DNA of 39,500 nt from Candidatus Woesebacteria bacterium (GCA_017992725.1 JAGOOB010000002.1:1-39500); one strand, 5' to 3'. Numbered from the stretch's first letter, positions 9,023 through 20,214 are shown. Program-made: numbers and translations. Notes: a model not told the origin generated them from the letters alone.

Positions 9023-9643
9023 ATGAAGCAGAAAAGACAAGTCGAAGATTATTCAGAAGTCATGAAACATGAAACTGCAACGGATAATCCACTAAAAGCT
9101 TTTATCCCTAAACCCAATAAAATTACCTTTGAGATTCAAGACCGTGATGAAAAAATTATTTTAGTTTTGCGGCAACACCCAATTACCCAGGTGAAAAACC
9201 TTTTTATTCTACTTTTTTCATTCTTAGTTATACCTTGGTTACTAAAAACTGCTGGAATACTCGCTTTTTTTCCAAATCAATTTCGATTGGCTTTCAATGT
9301 TTTTCTAGTAGTCCTTTTTCTTGGCATGGCCCTTCGTTATTTTTTGCTGTGGTTTTTTAATGTTTATATTATTACAGACGAACGGATTATCGATGTTGAT
9401 TTCTTATCAATGATTTATAAGAACATTTCGACTGCTAAAATTGAAAATATTGAAGATATTACTAAACAAACCTCAGGCATCATGGCCTCAGTTTTTGACT
9501 ACGGTACAATTTTAATTCAAACCGCTGCCACTAAAAATGAATTTGAATTCGAACACGTACCCCATCCTGCTACCGTGGTTAAGCTATTAAATGAATTGGT
9601 GTTAGAAGAAGAACGAGAAAAAATTGAAGGGAGGGTCAATTAG
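9023..9643 (+). CDS. bPH2 (YdbT/DUF304-like) membrane-flanked PH-domain protein
   Basis: ATG at 9023 is preferred over the TTG at 9011. Two TM helices are followed by YIITDERIIDVDF...AKIENIEDITKQTSGIMASVFDYGTILIQTA, the pattern of bacterial PH (bPH_2) domains. Confidence 0.55.
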   Translation: MKQKRQVEDYSEVMKHETATDNPLKAFIPKPNKITFEIQDRDEKIILVLRQHPITQVKNLFILLFSFLVIPWLLKTAGILAFFPNQFRLAFNVFLVVLFLGMALRYFLLWFFNVYIITDERIIDVDFLSMIYKNISTAKIENIEDITKQTSGIMASVFDYGTILIQTAATKNEFEFEHVPHPATVVKLLNELVLEEEREKIEGRVN

Positions 9644-9867
9644 TGCCAGAATTAACAATTGATCAGAATTTTATCTCCACTTTGCTTAAAGTTTTTTTTG
9701 TTATTGGAGCTTCCTTTTATCTTATCTACTCTGGAGTGGTGGTGAAACAGATTATTGTCATGAAAAAAACTTTAATTACTGGCTTTAGCAGCTTAATCAC
9801 CTTGTTCGGCTTGATTAACCTAATTATTGCCACTGTGATGCTCTTGGCTTTTATTCTTTTTCTCTAA
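9643..9867 (+). CDS. Small two-TM membrane protein (hypothetical)
   Basis: 74-aa ORF with a GTG start that overlaps the upstream stop (TAGTG). It has two hydrophobic helices and no recognisable family. Confidence 0.4.
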   Translation: MPELTIDQNFISTLLKVFFVIGASFYLIYSGVVVKQIIVMKKTLITGFSSLITLFGLINLIIATVMLLAFILFL

Positions 9868-9904
9868 AAGCTAAAAGATTGCCTAGAATATAAAAAACCC
9901 TTTG

Positions 9905-10021
9905 TTCTGGCCTCGACCTATCTTCGCAAGGGGAAACCCCTAACTATTGTCAGCGCTGAGACGTTTCAAGACTCTGTTCGGGATGGGAAGAGTTGGGACC
10001 ATCTCGCTCCAGAGACCAGAA
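9905..10021 (-). rRNA. rrf: 5S ribosomal RNA
   Basis: The reverse complement reads TTCTGGTC...CCCATCCCGAACAGAGTC...GGGGTTTCCCCTTGCGAAGATAGGTCGAGGCCAGAA. It has the universal CCGAAC loop and a closing helix I. Ends are +/- a few nt. Confidence 0.9.
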
Positions 10022-10058
10022 CAAAAGGTTTTTTTAATTTAGTCTTTTAATTATACAG

Positions 10059-10109
10059 CACAACTGTGCTTTAACATGTGAAGAAGTCAACTGTCGCCCA
10101 ATAATAGTC
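10059..10109 (-). other. 3' half of the long helix bracketing the 23S rRNA (probable RNase III processing stem)
   Basis: cacaactgtgctttaacatgtgaagaagtcaactgtcgcccaataatagtc is largely the reverse complement of 13076-13132. Matching blocks are 8, 17, 8 and 11 bp. Confidence 0.6.
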
Positions 10110-10130
10110 ATTGAGAAACAACGAAAACTG

Positions 10131-13050
<2,920 letters not shown>

Positions 13051-13075
13051 AATCATTGAAGTCTTCATTTTTCTC

Positions 13076-13132
13076 GACTATTATTGAATAACAGTTGATA
13101 AAATTCTTCACATGTTAAAGAACAGTTGTTTG
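13076..13132 (-). other. 5' half of the long helix bracketing the 23S rRNA
   Basis: gactattattgaataacagttgataaaattcttcacatgttaaagaacagttgtttg is complementary to 10059-10109. Confidence 0.6.
13112..13124 (-). promoter_or_regulatory. boxA-like antitermination element ahead of the 23S
   Basis: The minus strand reads TGTTCTTTAACAT. The E. coli rrn boxA is TGCTCTTTAACAA, giving 11/13 matches. It lies inside the 5' strand of the 23S processing helix, like spacer boxA elements. Confidence 0.4.
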
Positions 13133-13230
13133 CCAACCTGTTACGTTGGTGGCTACTTATTAGCCTCTAGAAGTTCCGTTAGGAAAACATCCAAAGTCTA
13201 ATAAGCAAACACCAATGTTAATTGTGCCAG

Positions 13231-13304
13231 TGGACCCTAAGGGGCTCGAACCCTTGACCTCCACATTGCAAATGTGGCGCTCTAGCCAACTGAGCTAAGG
13301 GCCC
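13231..13304 (-). tRNA. tRNA-Ala (anticodon UGC), with no encoded CCA
   Basis: The reverse complement GGGCCCTTAGCTCAGTTGGCTAGAGCGCCACATTTGCAATGTGGAGGTCAAGGGTTCGAGCCCCTTAGGGTCCA folds as a cloverleaf. It has a 7-bp acceptor stem with the G3:U70 alanine identity pair, the anticodon loop TTTGCAA and a T-loop GGTTCGAGCC. Confidence 0.95.
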
Positions 13305-13317
13305 AATTTCAAGCCGC

Positions 13318-13329
13318 TGTCAAAGACCA
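13318..13329 (-). promoter_or_regulatory. Leader boxA-like element upstream of tRNA-Ala
   Basis: The minus strand reads TGGTCTTTGACA, a 10/12 match to the Gram-positive-type boxA core TGTTCTTTGAAA. It lies 14 nt upstream of the tRNA 5' end. Confidence 0.3.
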
Positions 13330-13416
13330 CTTTTTCTATCTAATTTTTATCTATCTAATTGAAACGGAGGGAATCCTTATGGTTAAACCGATAAAGGATT
13401 GTCGCGAAGAGATGTA

Positions 13417-13445
13417 ATTATAAAATTAAAAAACAAAGAATGCAA
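13417..13445 (-). promoter_or_regulatory. Candidate promoter of the tRNA-Ala-23S-5S unit
   Basis: On the minus strand: TTGCAT (13445-13440), a 17-nt spacer, then TATAAT (13422-13417). It starts 24 nt after the stop of the upstream ATPase gene and lies upstream of a stem-loop (13372-13400) and the leader boxA-like element. Confidence 0.3.
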
Positions 13446-13468
13446 GAGCAAATTGCCAGTTATTTTAG

Positions 13469-15808
13469 CTAAAACAACTGCGCTCGCCGCCCAATTTCTT
13501 CCTCAAGTAATTCTCGATCTTTTCCATATTTAAGACGCGATAATTTTTTAATTAATTCAGCTAATTTTGGATTCATTCTGGCTTCTTGAGCTTTCATATC
13601 CTTTAGTAGAGACATGCTAAAAGCGCTAACCGGTTGATTATCAACAATAGTTTTGACATAGGCATGATATTTTTCAACATTGGCCAAATCTGTTTCATTA
13701 AACGTTGGAGCAAATTCATGTTGCAAAAAATTGGCGTCAGTCACGCCAACACGAAATGCGACAATCGTGCCTACATTCCCAAAAACAGCATTTTTTATAT
13801 CTTCTTCAATTTGACCAATAAATTGGTTAGCTACGATCAAATTGAGGCGATATTTGCGAGCTTCGGACAAAATTGAAGCAAAATCTTCGGTAGCAAAATT
13901 CTGAAACTCATCAACATAGAGGAAAAAGTCATTGCGTTTTTCCATTGGCACATCTTGACGACTCATGGCTGCGGTTAAAATTTTCGGTACTAAAATCAAA
14001 CCTAAAAACTTAGCATCCTCTTCGCCAATAACACCTTTACTCAAATTACATAAAATAATCTTCTTTTCATCCATCGCCTGACGAAAGTCAAAGGAACTTT
14101 CACTCTGGCCAATAATATTGCGCATAGTTTTATTAGTCACAAAACGACCAAATTTTGAAACAATGTAATCCAAAACCTCTGATTTGTGAAAATCGCTAGT
14201 GTTGGCTATTTGATCAGTCCAGTAGCGCTTAACCATTGGATCTTTGACAAAGGGTAAATAATCCTCGACATATTTAGCATCAGTTAAAATTCTCACCAAC
14301 TCAATAAATGTAGCGCCTGGCTTAGACATCACAGTCAACATGCCATTGCGAATAGCATGTTCAAAACGCGGACCAACAATACCTGTACGATGTGGATCAT
14401 AAAGTTTATACATTAGACCAATCACTGCGCTGGCCATAAACTGTTGTTGTTCTTCATTGTGGGCTTCCATAATGTTCATCCCCAGTGGTCGCTCAGTGTC
14501 TGCCGGATTAAAATAAATAACATCCTCAGCTCTTTTCGGAGGCATCAATTTCAATAAATCTTCAACCAAATCACCGTGTGGATCAATCACAGCCACTCCA
14601 TGACCAGCCTCAATATCTTGTAAAGCTAAGTCTTTGAGAAACTCAGATTTACCGGTACCAGTTTTCCCAATAATGTAAGTGTGACGGCGACGATCCTCAA
14701 GTGACATATAAATACCCCGCTCAACACCCCGGTACTTAGATTTGCCCAGGTACAAACCTTTGGTGGGAATTTTGTTGGGGGCTGGGGCACTTTTAGCACT
14801 TAACCACTGGATATGATGCGTTTCCACTGTCTTATTGGGAAAGTGCATGATGGTCGCTAGCTCTTCAGTATTGAGAATAATTTTTTTGAAAGTGAGAAAA
14901 GATAAATAACGATAAATAAAATCAATCATAAATAAATGTTTGAATAAAATTTTGGCTCGTTTGAAATTGTTATAAGGAGAAGAAAATTGCGAAAAAGCGC
15001 CAATTAAATTATTAAGATGAGCTTTCGCAGTTATCTCGTTGTTGGCTGAAACCACCATCCGAATAGCCACCTTAAAACCAGGTTTACTAATTTTGGTATT
15101 AATTGCTTCAACCTCTTTGGGATCATGAGTAAAACTAGCTGTGTCTGGATCAGCTTCTTGTCTTTTTTGTTTTTGATTATAACGAGCACCTCTTTTTTGC
15201 CAACTTTTTCCAGTTGGTTGAAGCAAAATTTGCAAGGTAGCTCCCTCACCATCACCCATCTTGGATAAAGCGCTCGTGATTAACGACAAACCATCAGTGG
15301 CTAAATCCTTGTAAGTCTTAATCGGATAAAAATTAGCTTTTTCTAATTTCAACTCACCAAAAGCGACTCTCCCCGTATCATTGAAAATATTGACTTCATC
15401 GACCTCATTAATAGCCGCTGAGGGATAGGCGCCATTAATTTGCTTTTCCACTAAATCTTGAATGTCTCGTGAACAAGTGACGTAGAATGCAATATCTTCC
15501 TTCATCCCAACTATTTCAAAACCAATAGTTTCTTCTGGTTCTAAAAAAGACAAGGTGCCGACTTTTTTTAAAGAATACAGGCCAGCAAACATTTGTTCTG
15601 CTGCATCAATCTTAATTTCATTACTTTTGGGTAATTTCACCAGTAAAGTTACGAAATTAAGAGCATATTTCTCTCGGCGTCTATTTTTGATATAAGTACC
15701 TAAAAGATAAAGTAAAAAAGCTGCTATCCCCAATAGAATCAAGCCTGTAAAAAGTCTGAGCACAAACACATTGACCTGAGATAATAGTTGTTCTCCCTGT
15801 GGTGACAT
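13469..15808 (-). CDS. Membrane-anchored VirD4/TraD-type (type IV coupling protein-like, FtsK/HerA superfamily) P-loop ATPase
   Basis: 779 aa. N-terminal TM (LILLGIAAFLLYLLGTYI). Walker A IIGKTGTGKSEF. Walker B/TraG-D_C-like FFLYVDEFQNFATEDFASILSEARKYRLNLIVANQFIGQI. Confidence 0.75.
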   Translation of the reverse strand: MSPQGEQLLSQVNVFVLRLFTGLILLGIAAFLLYLLGTYIKNRRREKYALNFVTLLVKLPKSNEIKIDAAEQMFAGLYSLKKVGTLSFLEPEETIGFEIVGMKEDIAFYVTCSRDIQDLVEKQINGAYPSAAINEVDEVNIFNDTGRVAFGELKLEKANFYPIKTYKDLATDGLSLITSALSKMGDGEGATLQILLQPTGKSWQKRGARYNQKQKRQEADPDTASFTHDPKEVEAINTKISKPGFKVAIRMVVSANNEITAKAHLNNLIGAFSQFSSPYNNFKRAKILFKHLFMIDFIYRYLSFLTFKKIILNTEELATIMHFPNKTVETHHIQWLSAKSAPAPNKIPTKGLYLGKSKYRGVERGIYMSLEDRRRHTYIIGKTGTGKSEFLKDLALQDIEAGHGVAVIDPHGDLVEDLLKLMPPKRAEDVIYFNPADTERPLGMNIMEAHNEEQQQFMASAVIGLMYKLYDPHRTGIVGPRFEHAIRNGMLTVMSKPGATFIELVRILTDAKYVEDYLPFVKDPMVKRYWTDQIANTSDFHKSEVLDYIVSKFGRFVTNKTMRNIIGQSESSFDFRQAMDEKKIILCNLSKGVIGEEDAKFLGLILVPKILTAAMSRQDVPMEKRNDFFLYVDEFQNFATEDFASILSEARKYRLNLIVANQFIGQIEEDIKNAVFGNVGTIVAFRVGVTDANFLQHEFAPTFNETDLANVEKYHAYVKTIVDNQPVSAFSMSLLKDMKAQEARMNPKLAELIKKLSRLKYGKDRELLEEEIGRRAQLF

Positions 15809-15834
15809 ACTTGATTACTTCATTCTAGCAAGTT

Positions 15835-16530
15835 TTAAACGTCTGCGCTATTCTCGACTTCTTCTTTATATAATACTGCTCCAGAAAAAATCTTCTTAAT
15901 TTTTTCTGCCCATTCGGCTAACCAGCGTAAACTAAAATGAATGCCTTTTTTCTTGGCTTCCTCCTTTTGTCTCTCGGTAATCGGCAAAACCACTACCGGT
16001 TTAATTTGCTTGGGGAAAGCTAGTGCCTGACTGGCTAATTGATCAATGGTAGCTTGTTCTTTTTTAGCTAGTTTTTCTGCTTGCTCTTGATCATCTTCCT
16101 TAATTTCCACAAGTTCTTGACCAATTTCTGCCATTTCTGCTGATTCACTTGATTTCACTGCTTCAACAGCTACCGCATGTTCTGTGTTAGTTGGCTGTTC
16201 GACTTGTGGCTCTTGGTTGGCTACTACTTCCGTCGCTGATGGTTTTAAACTGTCAATATTTTGATCGAGTTTTAAATCTGGTGAATTGTCCACAACTACC
16301 TGGTTGACCTCCTTTAATTTAGAAAGGCTGGTGGGAGCAGTCGACTGAGAGCGCTGATCTTCTACTTCATCGATAGCCTCTTCAAGCAGATCTAGTGCTT
16401 GTTGATTAGACAATATCTGAGTGTCTTTTTTGGTTGCTAAAGCTTGGGCAGTAAGAAATTGACTTAATTTAGGATATTTTTTTAAATCAACGTCTTGCAA
16501 TAGAGAAGTCTTAGCTCGATCGTTAGGCAT
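15835..16530 (-). CDS. Acidic, low-complexity hypothetical protein
   Basis: The ORF-track start at 16545 is a TTG; the first in-frame ATG is at 16530 (MPNDRAKT). The centre is rich in E/Q/D. The C-terminus (GIHFSLRWLAEWAEKIKKIF) looks structured. No family recognised. Confidence 0.45.
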   Translation of the reverse strand: MPNDRAKTSLLQDVDLKKYPKLSQFLTAQALATKKDTQILSNQQALDLLEEAIDEVEDQRSQSTAPTSLSKLKEVNQVVVDNSPDLKLDQNIDSLKPSATEVVANQEPQVEQPTNTEHAVAVEAVKSSESAEMAEIGQELVEIKEDDQEQAEKLAKKEQATIDQLASQALAFPKQIKPVVVLPITERQKEEAKKKGIHFSLRWLAEWAEKIKKIFSGAVLYKEEVENSADV

Positions 16531-16572
16531 AAAACCATCATACAAGTTTTTGCTTGAAGAAAAAAGAGAGAG

Positions 16573-17085
16573 TTAAAAGAAACTAAAAAATAGCTTAGAT
16601 CCCAAAACCTCATCAGGTAAAGAATTGGGCATCGTCTCTAACACCATGTCTGTCAGAGTTGGTGATTGGTAAATTAATAAATTTTCATCACTTTGATTTA
16701 ATGCTGGTTTAGTTGCTTTTCTAGTACAGTCAATCAGTCTTTGATCTTGAAACCAACAAATATCAATAGCAAATAGCATGTCTTTCATCCAAAATTGGCG
16801 CACTCTTTCTTCTGGAAAAATAAACAACATCCCATCCAATTTTTGACCATCCACTGTGGCTAATTGAGTTCGATTTGATAAGCCTCGTTGGGTTGAAGCT
16901 TCATAGAGAACTACCTCCACTAGTAATTCTTTTTTCGGCCTTGAGAAATAATTTTCTTTTAACACCAATTTGCTCACCTGGCCATCTTTCACAAACAATC
17001 GCCAAAAAGTGGTTTGATAAAAATAAAGACATGAGGCAAGCAGTACTATTAGTAGTATAAGTTTAATAATAATTTTTTTTGTCAT
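16573..17085 (-). CDS. DUF192 (COG1430) family protein with an N-terminal signal/anchor
   Basis: 170 aa. LDGMLFIFPEERVRQFWMKDMLFAIDICWF matches the DUF192 core (M.F......WMKNT..PLDI.F). Confidence 0.6.
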   Translation of the reverse strand: MTKKIIIKLILLIVLLASCLYFYQTTFWRLFVKDGQVSKLVLKENYFSRPKKELLVEVVLYEASTQRGLSNRTQLATVDGQKLDGMLFIFPEERVRQFWMKDMLFAIDICWFQDQRLIDCTRKATKPALNQSDENLLIYQSPTLTDMVLETMPNSLPDEVLGSKLFFSFF

Positions 17086-17107
17086 TTAACGAAGCAAAAA
17101 TTGTCAT

Positions 17108-17602
17108 TTAACGGAATAAAAATAGCAATAGGAAAAAATATAGCAAAGCCACCAACTTAATTATTGAAATCTCCGCTAATGAAATCTCTTTTTTAATTCC
17201 TGGCAAAAAATATTGATTAAAAACTTGCTGTTGGGGAGCTAATTGCCAAATTTCAACCAGGATTACTAAATTAATGGCCATTATAAGTGCTATTCCAGCA
17301 AGGCTACCGGTCGACGTCAACATAAAAATACTCAAAATAGGTAATGCTAATAAAAATAAGGGACTACGAGTAACTAAAAATTTGTTGTCTAATTCCCCAC
17401 CATAAATTTTTTGCAAGTATTTTTCATCGCCCAAAATCAAAAATAGACCAAGACTATAAGCAATAGTCAAAAGTAAAATCTCTGGCCAAACTCTGGCAAT
17501 TTGCCATTGTGCTTTTGCTAACCACCACAAAATAAATAAGATTAGCCCTGCCAAAACAATAAACTTTTTAATTTTTTTTTGTTGTTGATTAAAAACACTC
17601 AT
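17108..17602 (-). CDS. Polytopic membrane protein (hypothetical)
   Basis: 164 aa with 4-5 hydrophobic helices. No recognisable motif. Confidence 0.45.
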   Translation of the reverse strand: MSVFNQQQKKIKKFIVLAGLILFILWWLAKAQWQIARVWPEILLLTIAYSLGLFLILGDEKYLQKIYGGELDNKFLVTRSPLFLLALPILSIFMLTSTGSLAGIALIMAINLVILVEIWQLAPQQQVFNQYFLPGIKKEISLAEISIIKLVALLYFFLLLFLFR

Positions 17603-17631
17603 AAACTAAAGGCAATCTATTAAAATATTAA

Positions 17632-18828
17632 TTATTGATAACCTTTTAGAGATAATATTTTTTGACTAGCTTGATTAACTAGTTTCTGAAAATCTAAAGA
17701 TTCTGCATATTGGGCTTCTAAATCATCAAGTAGACTATTTAGTTGGGCATAATCAAAATCCGCGCCAAACAATAGCACGTGATTACCCGCTTCAATAGCT
17801 TCAATCGCAATTGTTGAAAGATTTTTCTTTTCATTAGTCCCAGGTATATAGCTAGCTGATTCCATCAATAAATCATCAGTTATTAACAAAACTTCAGGAT
17901 AAAATTGAAACAGTTGATCTAAACATTGTTTACTTAAAGAACAAGCTTGACCGGCCAATTTATTCTTTAGGCGCAAATGAGCTGACATTACCCCAATATT
18001 AGGATATTGATCTAATAATCGTTCAAAAATTAAAGTGTCGTCTTGATCCAATTCAACAGTGTCCGCATATAAATACAAGTCTTTTTGACTCCCACCAATA
18101 CCAGGAAAATGTTTTAAAACAGACATTATTTGCCGATTGGAAAAAGCCACAATATATTCTTGGGCAATTTGCACAATTTTATCTGGGTTGTTACCAATCC
18201 TATCGGTTAAAATAGGGTTATTAACAGCAGAGTAATTAACCATTGGCGCCAAAACTAAGTTAATACCCACCTCAGATAATTCTTTTGCTGATTGATTGAA
18301 AAGTTTTCTTCTCTCTCTGGCATTGAGAGGATTGGTGTCTTGCTCCTCATCTATAGAACTCACTGCATTAGTTAATTGCCTCATACTGGGTAAAGGGGTA
18401 AAACCCTCACCACTGAGGCGTTGTACCCGACCACCTTCATGATCAACAGCTAATAAAGGCAAGACAATTTTTTTATTATTTGCATCTAGTAAGCTTTCTT
18501 GGTATTTTTTTGCCGTTGCAAAGTCAATCTCTTCGCCAAAGTAGACAACAAAACCTGGCTGATATTCTTGAATAAGCGCTAAATTGTCATTATCTGCTGG
18601 ATCTTGCTCATTATCTAAAACCAGAGGTAACATTAACATTTGAGTAAGTTTTTCTCTGGTGCTTAATTCGGGAAGATCTAAGTTTTGTTCAGTTTCTTCG
18701 ACTCCTTCGGTGGGTTGGTCAATTACTGGCTCCGGAAAATACTTTAAAAACGGTTGTTCAAAATAATTGTAGGCTAAAAAGCCAGCCAAAAAAAATAAAA
18801 AAACTATTAAAATATTGCGCCACTTCAT
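17632..18828 (-). CDS. Membrane-anchored glycoside hydrolase family 3 N-terminal-domain protein (NagZ-like beta-N-acetylhexosaminidase)
   Basis: 398 aa. N-terminal TM. AVDHEGGRVQRL, KHFPGIGG, GVMSAHL and ITDDLLMES match the GH3/NagZ motifs (DxEGGxVxR, KHFPGxG, TDDLxM nucleophile). Confidence 0.8.
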   Translation of the reverse strand: MKWRNILIVFLFFLAGFLAYNYFEQPFLKYFPEPVIDQPTEGVEETEQNLDLPELSTREKLTQMLMLPLVLDNEQDPADNDNLALIQEYQPGFVVYFGEEIDFATAKKYQESLLDANNKKIVLPLLAVDHEGGRVQRLSGEGFTPLPSMRQLTNAVSSIDEEQDTNPLNARERRKLFNQSAKELSEVGINLVLAPMVNYSAVNNPILTDRIGNNPDKIVQIAQEYIVAFSNRQIMSVLKHFPGIGGSQKDLYLYADTVELDQDDTLIFERLLDQYPNIGVMSAHLRLKNKLAGQACSLSKQCLDQLFQFYPEVLLITDDLLMESASYIPGTNEKKNLSTIAIEAIEAGNHVLLFGADFDYAQLNSLLDDLEAQYAESLDFQKLVNQASQKILSLKGYQ

Positions 18829-18840
18829 AAGTTCATTTTA

Positions 18841-19308
18841 CTAGAATTTTATTTTTTTCTCGCTTGTGGTTTTTTGTTTATCTACAGTAGTTGCTTTTTT
18901 CTTTTTCAATTGGTCAAGCTTCCACATAAATAATTTGGCTTTACTTCGAGCATTTTCCGCATCACTCACAAAAGCCAAGGCTCTCTCCAACAAAGCCCGC
19001 GGATAAGTTTTAGCTAATTTGATGTAAAGTGAGGTATGAGCTTGATCTCCTAACACAGCAGCCAGGTAACAGCCGAAGGCTTGAAACTCTTGACTAATAT
19101 ATTTATTGCTCTCTTTAATAGGGTGTTGGTTTAATAATTCCGCTACTGTACTAAATTGTTTTTTTCGCTGATTACTCTGCTTTTCGACAGTTTTTTCTTT
19201 ACCAAATAATTTGGTTTCATCATCATTAGAATTGTCTTGAAAAAGAGATTGTTTAACCACTGTGATTGATTGGGTTGGTTTTTGACTTTTCCGTTTTTTA
19301 ACAGACAT
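18841..19308 (-). CDS. Basic hypothetical protein, possibly DNA-binding
   Basis: 155 aa with Lys-rich termini. The helical core is FGCYLAAVLGDQAHTSLYIKLAKTYPRALLERALAFVSDAENARSKAKLFMWKL. It loosely recalls DnaD/replisome-organiser-type helical domains, but there is no firm family call. Confidence 0.4.
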   Translation of the reverse strand: MSVKKRKSQKPTQSITVVKQSLFQDNSNDDETKLFGKEKTVEKQSNQRKKQFSTVAELLNQHPIKESNKYISQEFQAFGCYLAAVLGDQAHTSLYIKLAKTYPRALLERALAFVSDAENARSKAKLFMWKLDQLKKKKATTVDKQKTTSEKKIKF

Positions 19309-19340
19309 AAATGCTGCTTCTATTTTAAGTCAAACACCAA

Positions 19341-20030
19341 TTAAAGAATAATTTGAGCTAAAATTTGGCGATTTTTTTCAACCAGTTTTGACTTAAATAA
19401 ACCCCGCTCTTCAATCAATACTTTCAACTTATTATCTCCAGCCAAAGTTTGGTAAAAATCTAATTGAGTTTGCAGTATTTCTTTGGCTTCTTTCATATTT
19501 TTTTTACCATTATTGGTAAATGCTGCCAACCAATCAGCACTAATTACGTACTGCCCTAGATTGTAAACTTCTTCACCCCCAGCAATCGTAAAACAAACTT
19601 GATTAGCCAAATGCATGTTGTGTGGCCTGACCATGTGACCTCTTACTCCAGATTTTAATTCTTTCGGATCACTAAAGGGCAAAATACCCACGTATTCGAA
19701 ATTTAATCGATCGGCCAAAGCTGCTACGTGTTGCTGAGCGCTAGCATTCGTTTCATCCCAATCATTAAGCTCAAGATTTTCTTTTAACCAAGCATTCTCT
19801 TCACTAGCAGCAAATTTCAATTTTTTATCTAACTGTTCCTTAGGAAAATTACTATCAATCACTGTCTGTAGAGAGTTGATAACTTCAGAAAAATGCGGCA
19901 AGCCAAATCCAGAACCTAAAAAAGCGAAGCGGCGACCATAATTGAGTTGGACACCTTCATCGCCATCAACTACCACTAAGGGCACAGGCTGAAAGACGGC
20001 AGGCTCAGCTGATTGATTGCTCTTACTCAT
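19341..20030 (-). CDS. Hypothetical protein (229 aa)
   Basis: ATG at 20030 (MSKSNQSAEP) is preferred over the TTG at 20117. The composition looks globular. No family recognised. Confidence 0.5.
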   Translation of the reverse strand: MSKSNQSAEPAVFQPVPLVVVDGDEGVQLNYGRRFAFLGSGFGLPHFSEVINSLQTVIDSNFPKEQLDKKLKFAASEENAWLKENLELNDWDETNASAQQHVAALADRLNFEYVGILPFSDPKELKSGVRGHMVRPHNMHLANQVCFTIAGGEEVYNLGQYVISADWLAAFTNNGKKNMKEAKEILQTQLDFYQTLAGDNKLKVLIEERGLFKSKLVEKNRQILAQIIL

Positions 20031-20053
20031 GAAATTCCTTTTGTTAATTAAAA

Positions 20054-20206
20054 CTACTGAGTCATCGCTTGCACTGCAGCTAAATATTGATTCATCTCTT
20101 TTTCTACCTGTTCCCAATCACCATTAGCTTCACGAATTGCATTAAATAACAGCTCCATGTCGATTAATAATTGGTCGTCAGTAACAATCATTCTTTGTTT
20201 TGCCAT
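20054..20206 (-). CDS. Small ORF (50 aa) below the ORF-track cutoff, the first gene of the array
   Basis: Read by hand: ATG at 20206, TAG at 20056-20054, giving MAKQRMIVTDDQLLIDMELLFNAIREANGDWEQVEKEMNQYLAAVQAMTQ. The composition is helical and acidic. It ends 23 nt before the next gene and is preceded by an extended -10 box. Confidence 0.3.
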   Translation of the reverse strand: MAKQRMIVTDDQLLIDMELLFNAIREANGDWEQVEKEMNQYLAAVQAMTQ

Positions 20207-20214
20207 AGGCCTTT

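Noticed and set aside
13318-13323. A perfect TTGACA on the minus strand, considered as the -35 box of the rRNA promoter.
   Set aside because: It lies only 14 nt upstream of the tRNA-Ala 5' end, and no -10 box follows at 16-18 nt. It fits better as part of a boxA-like element (TGGTCTTTGACA).
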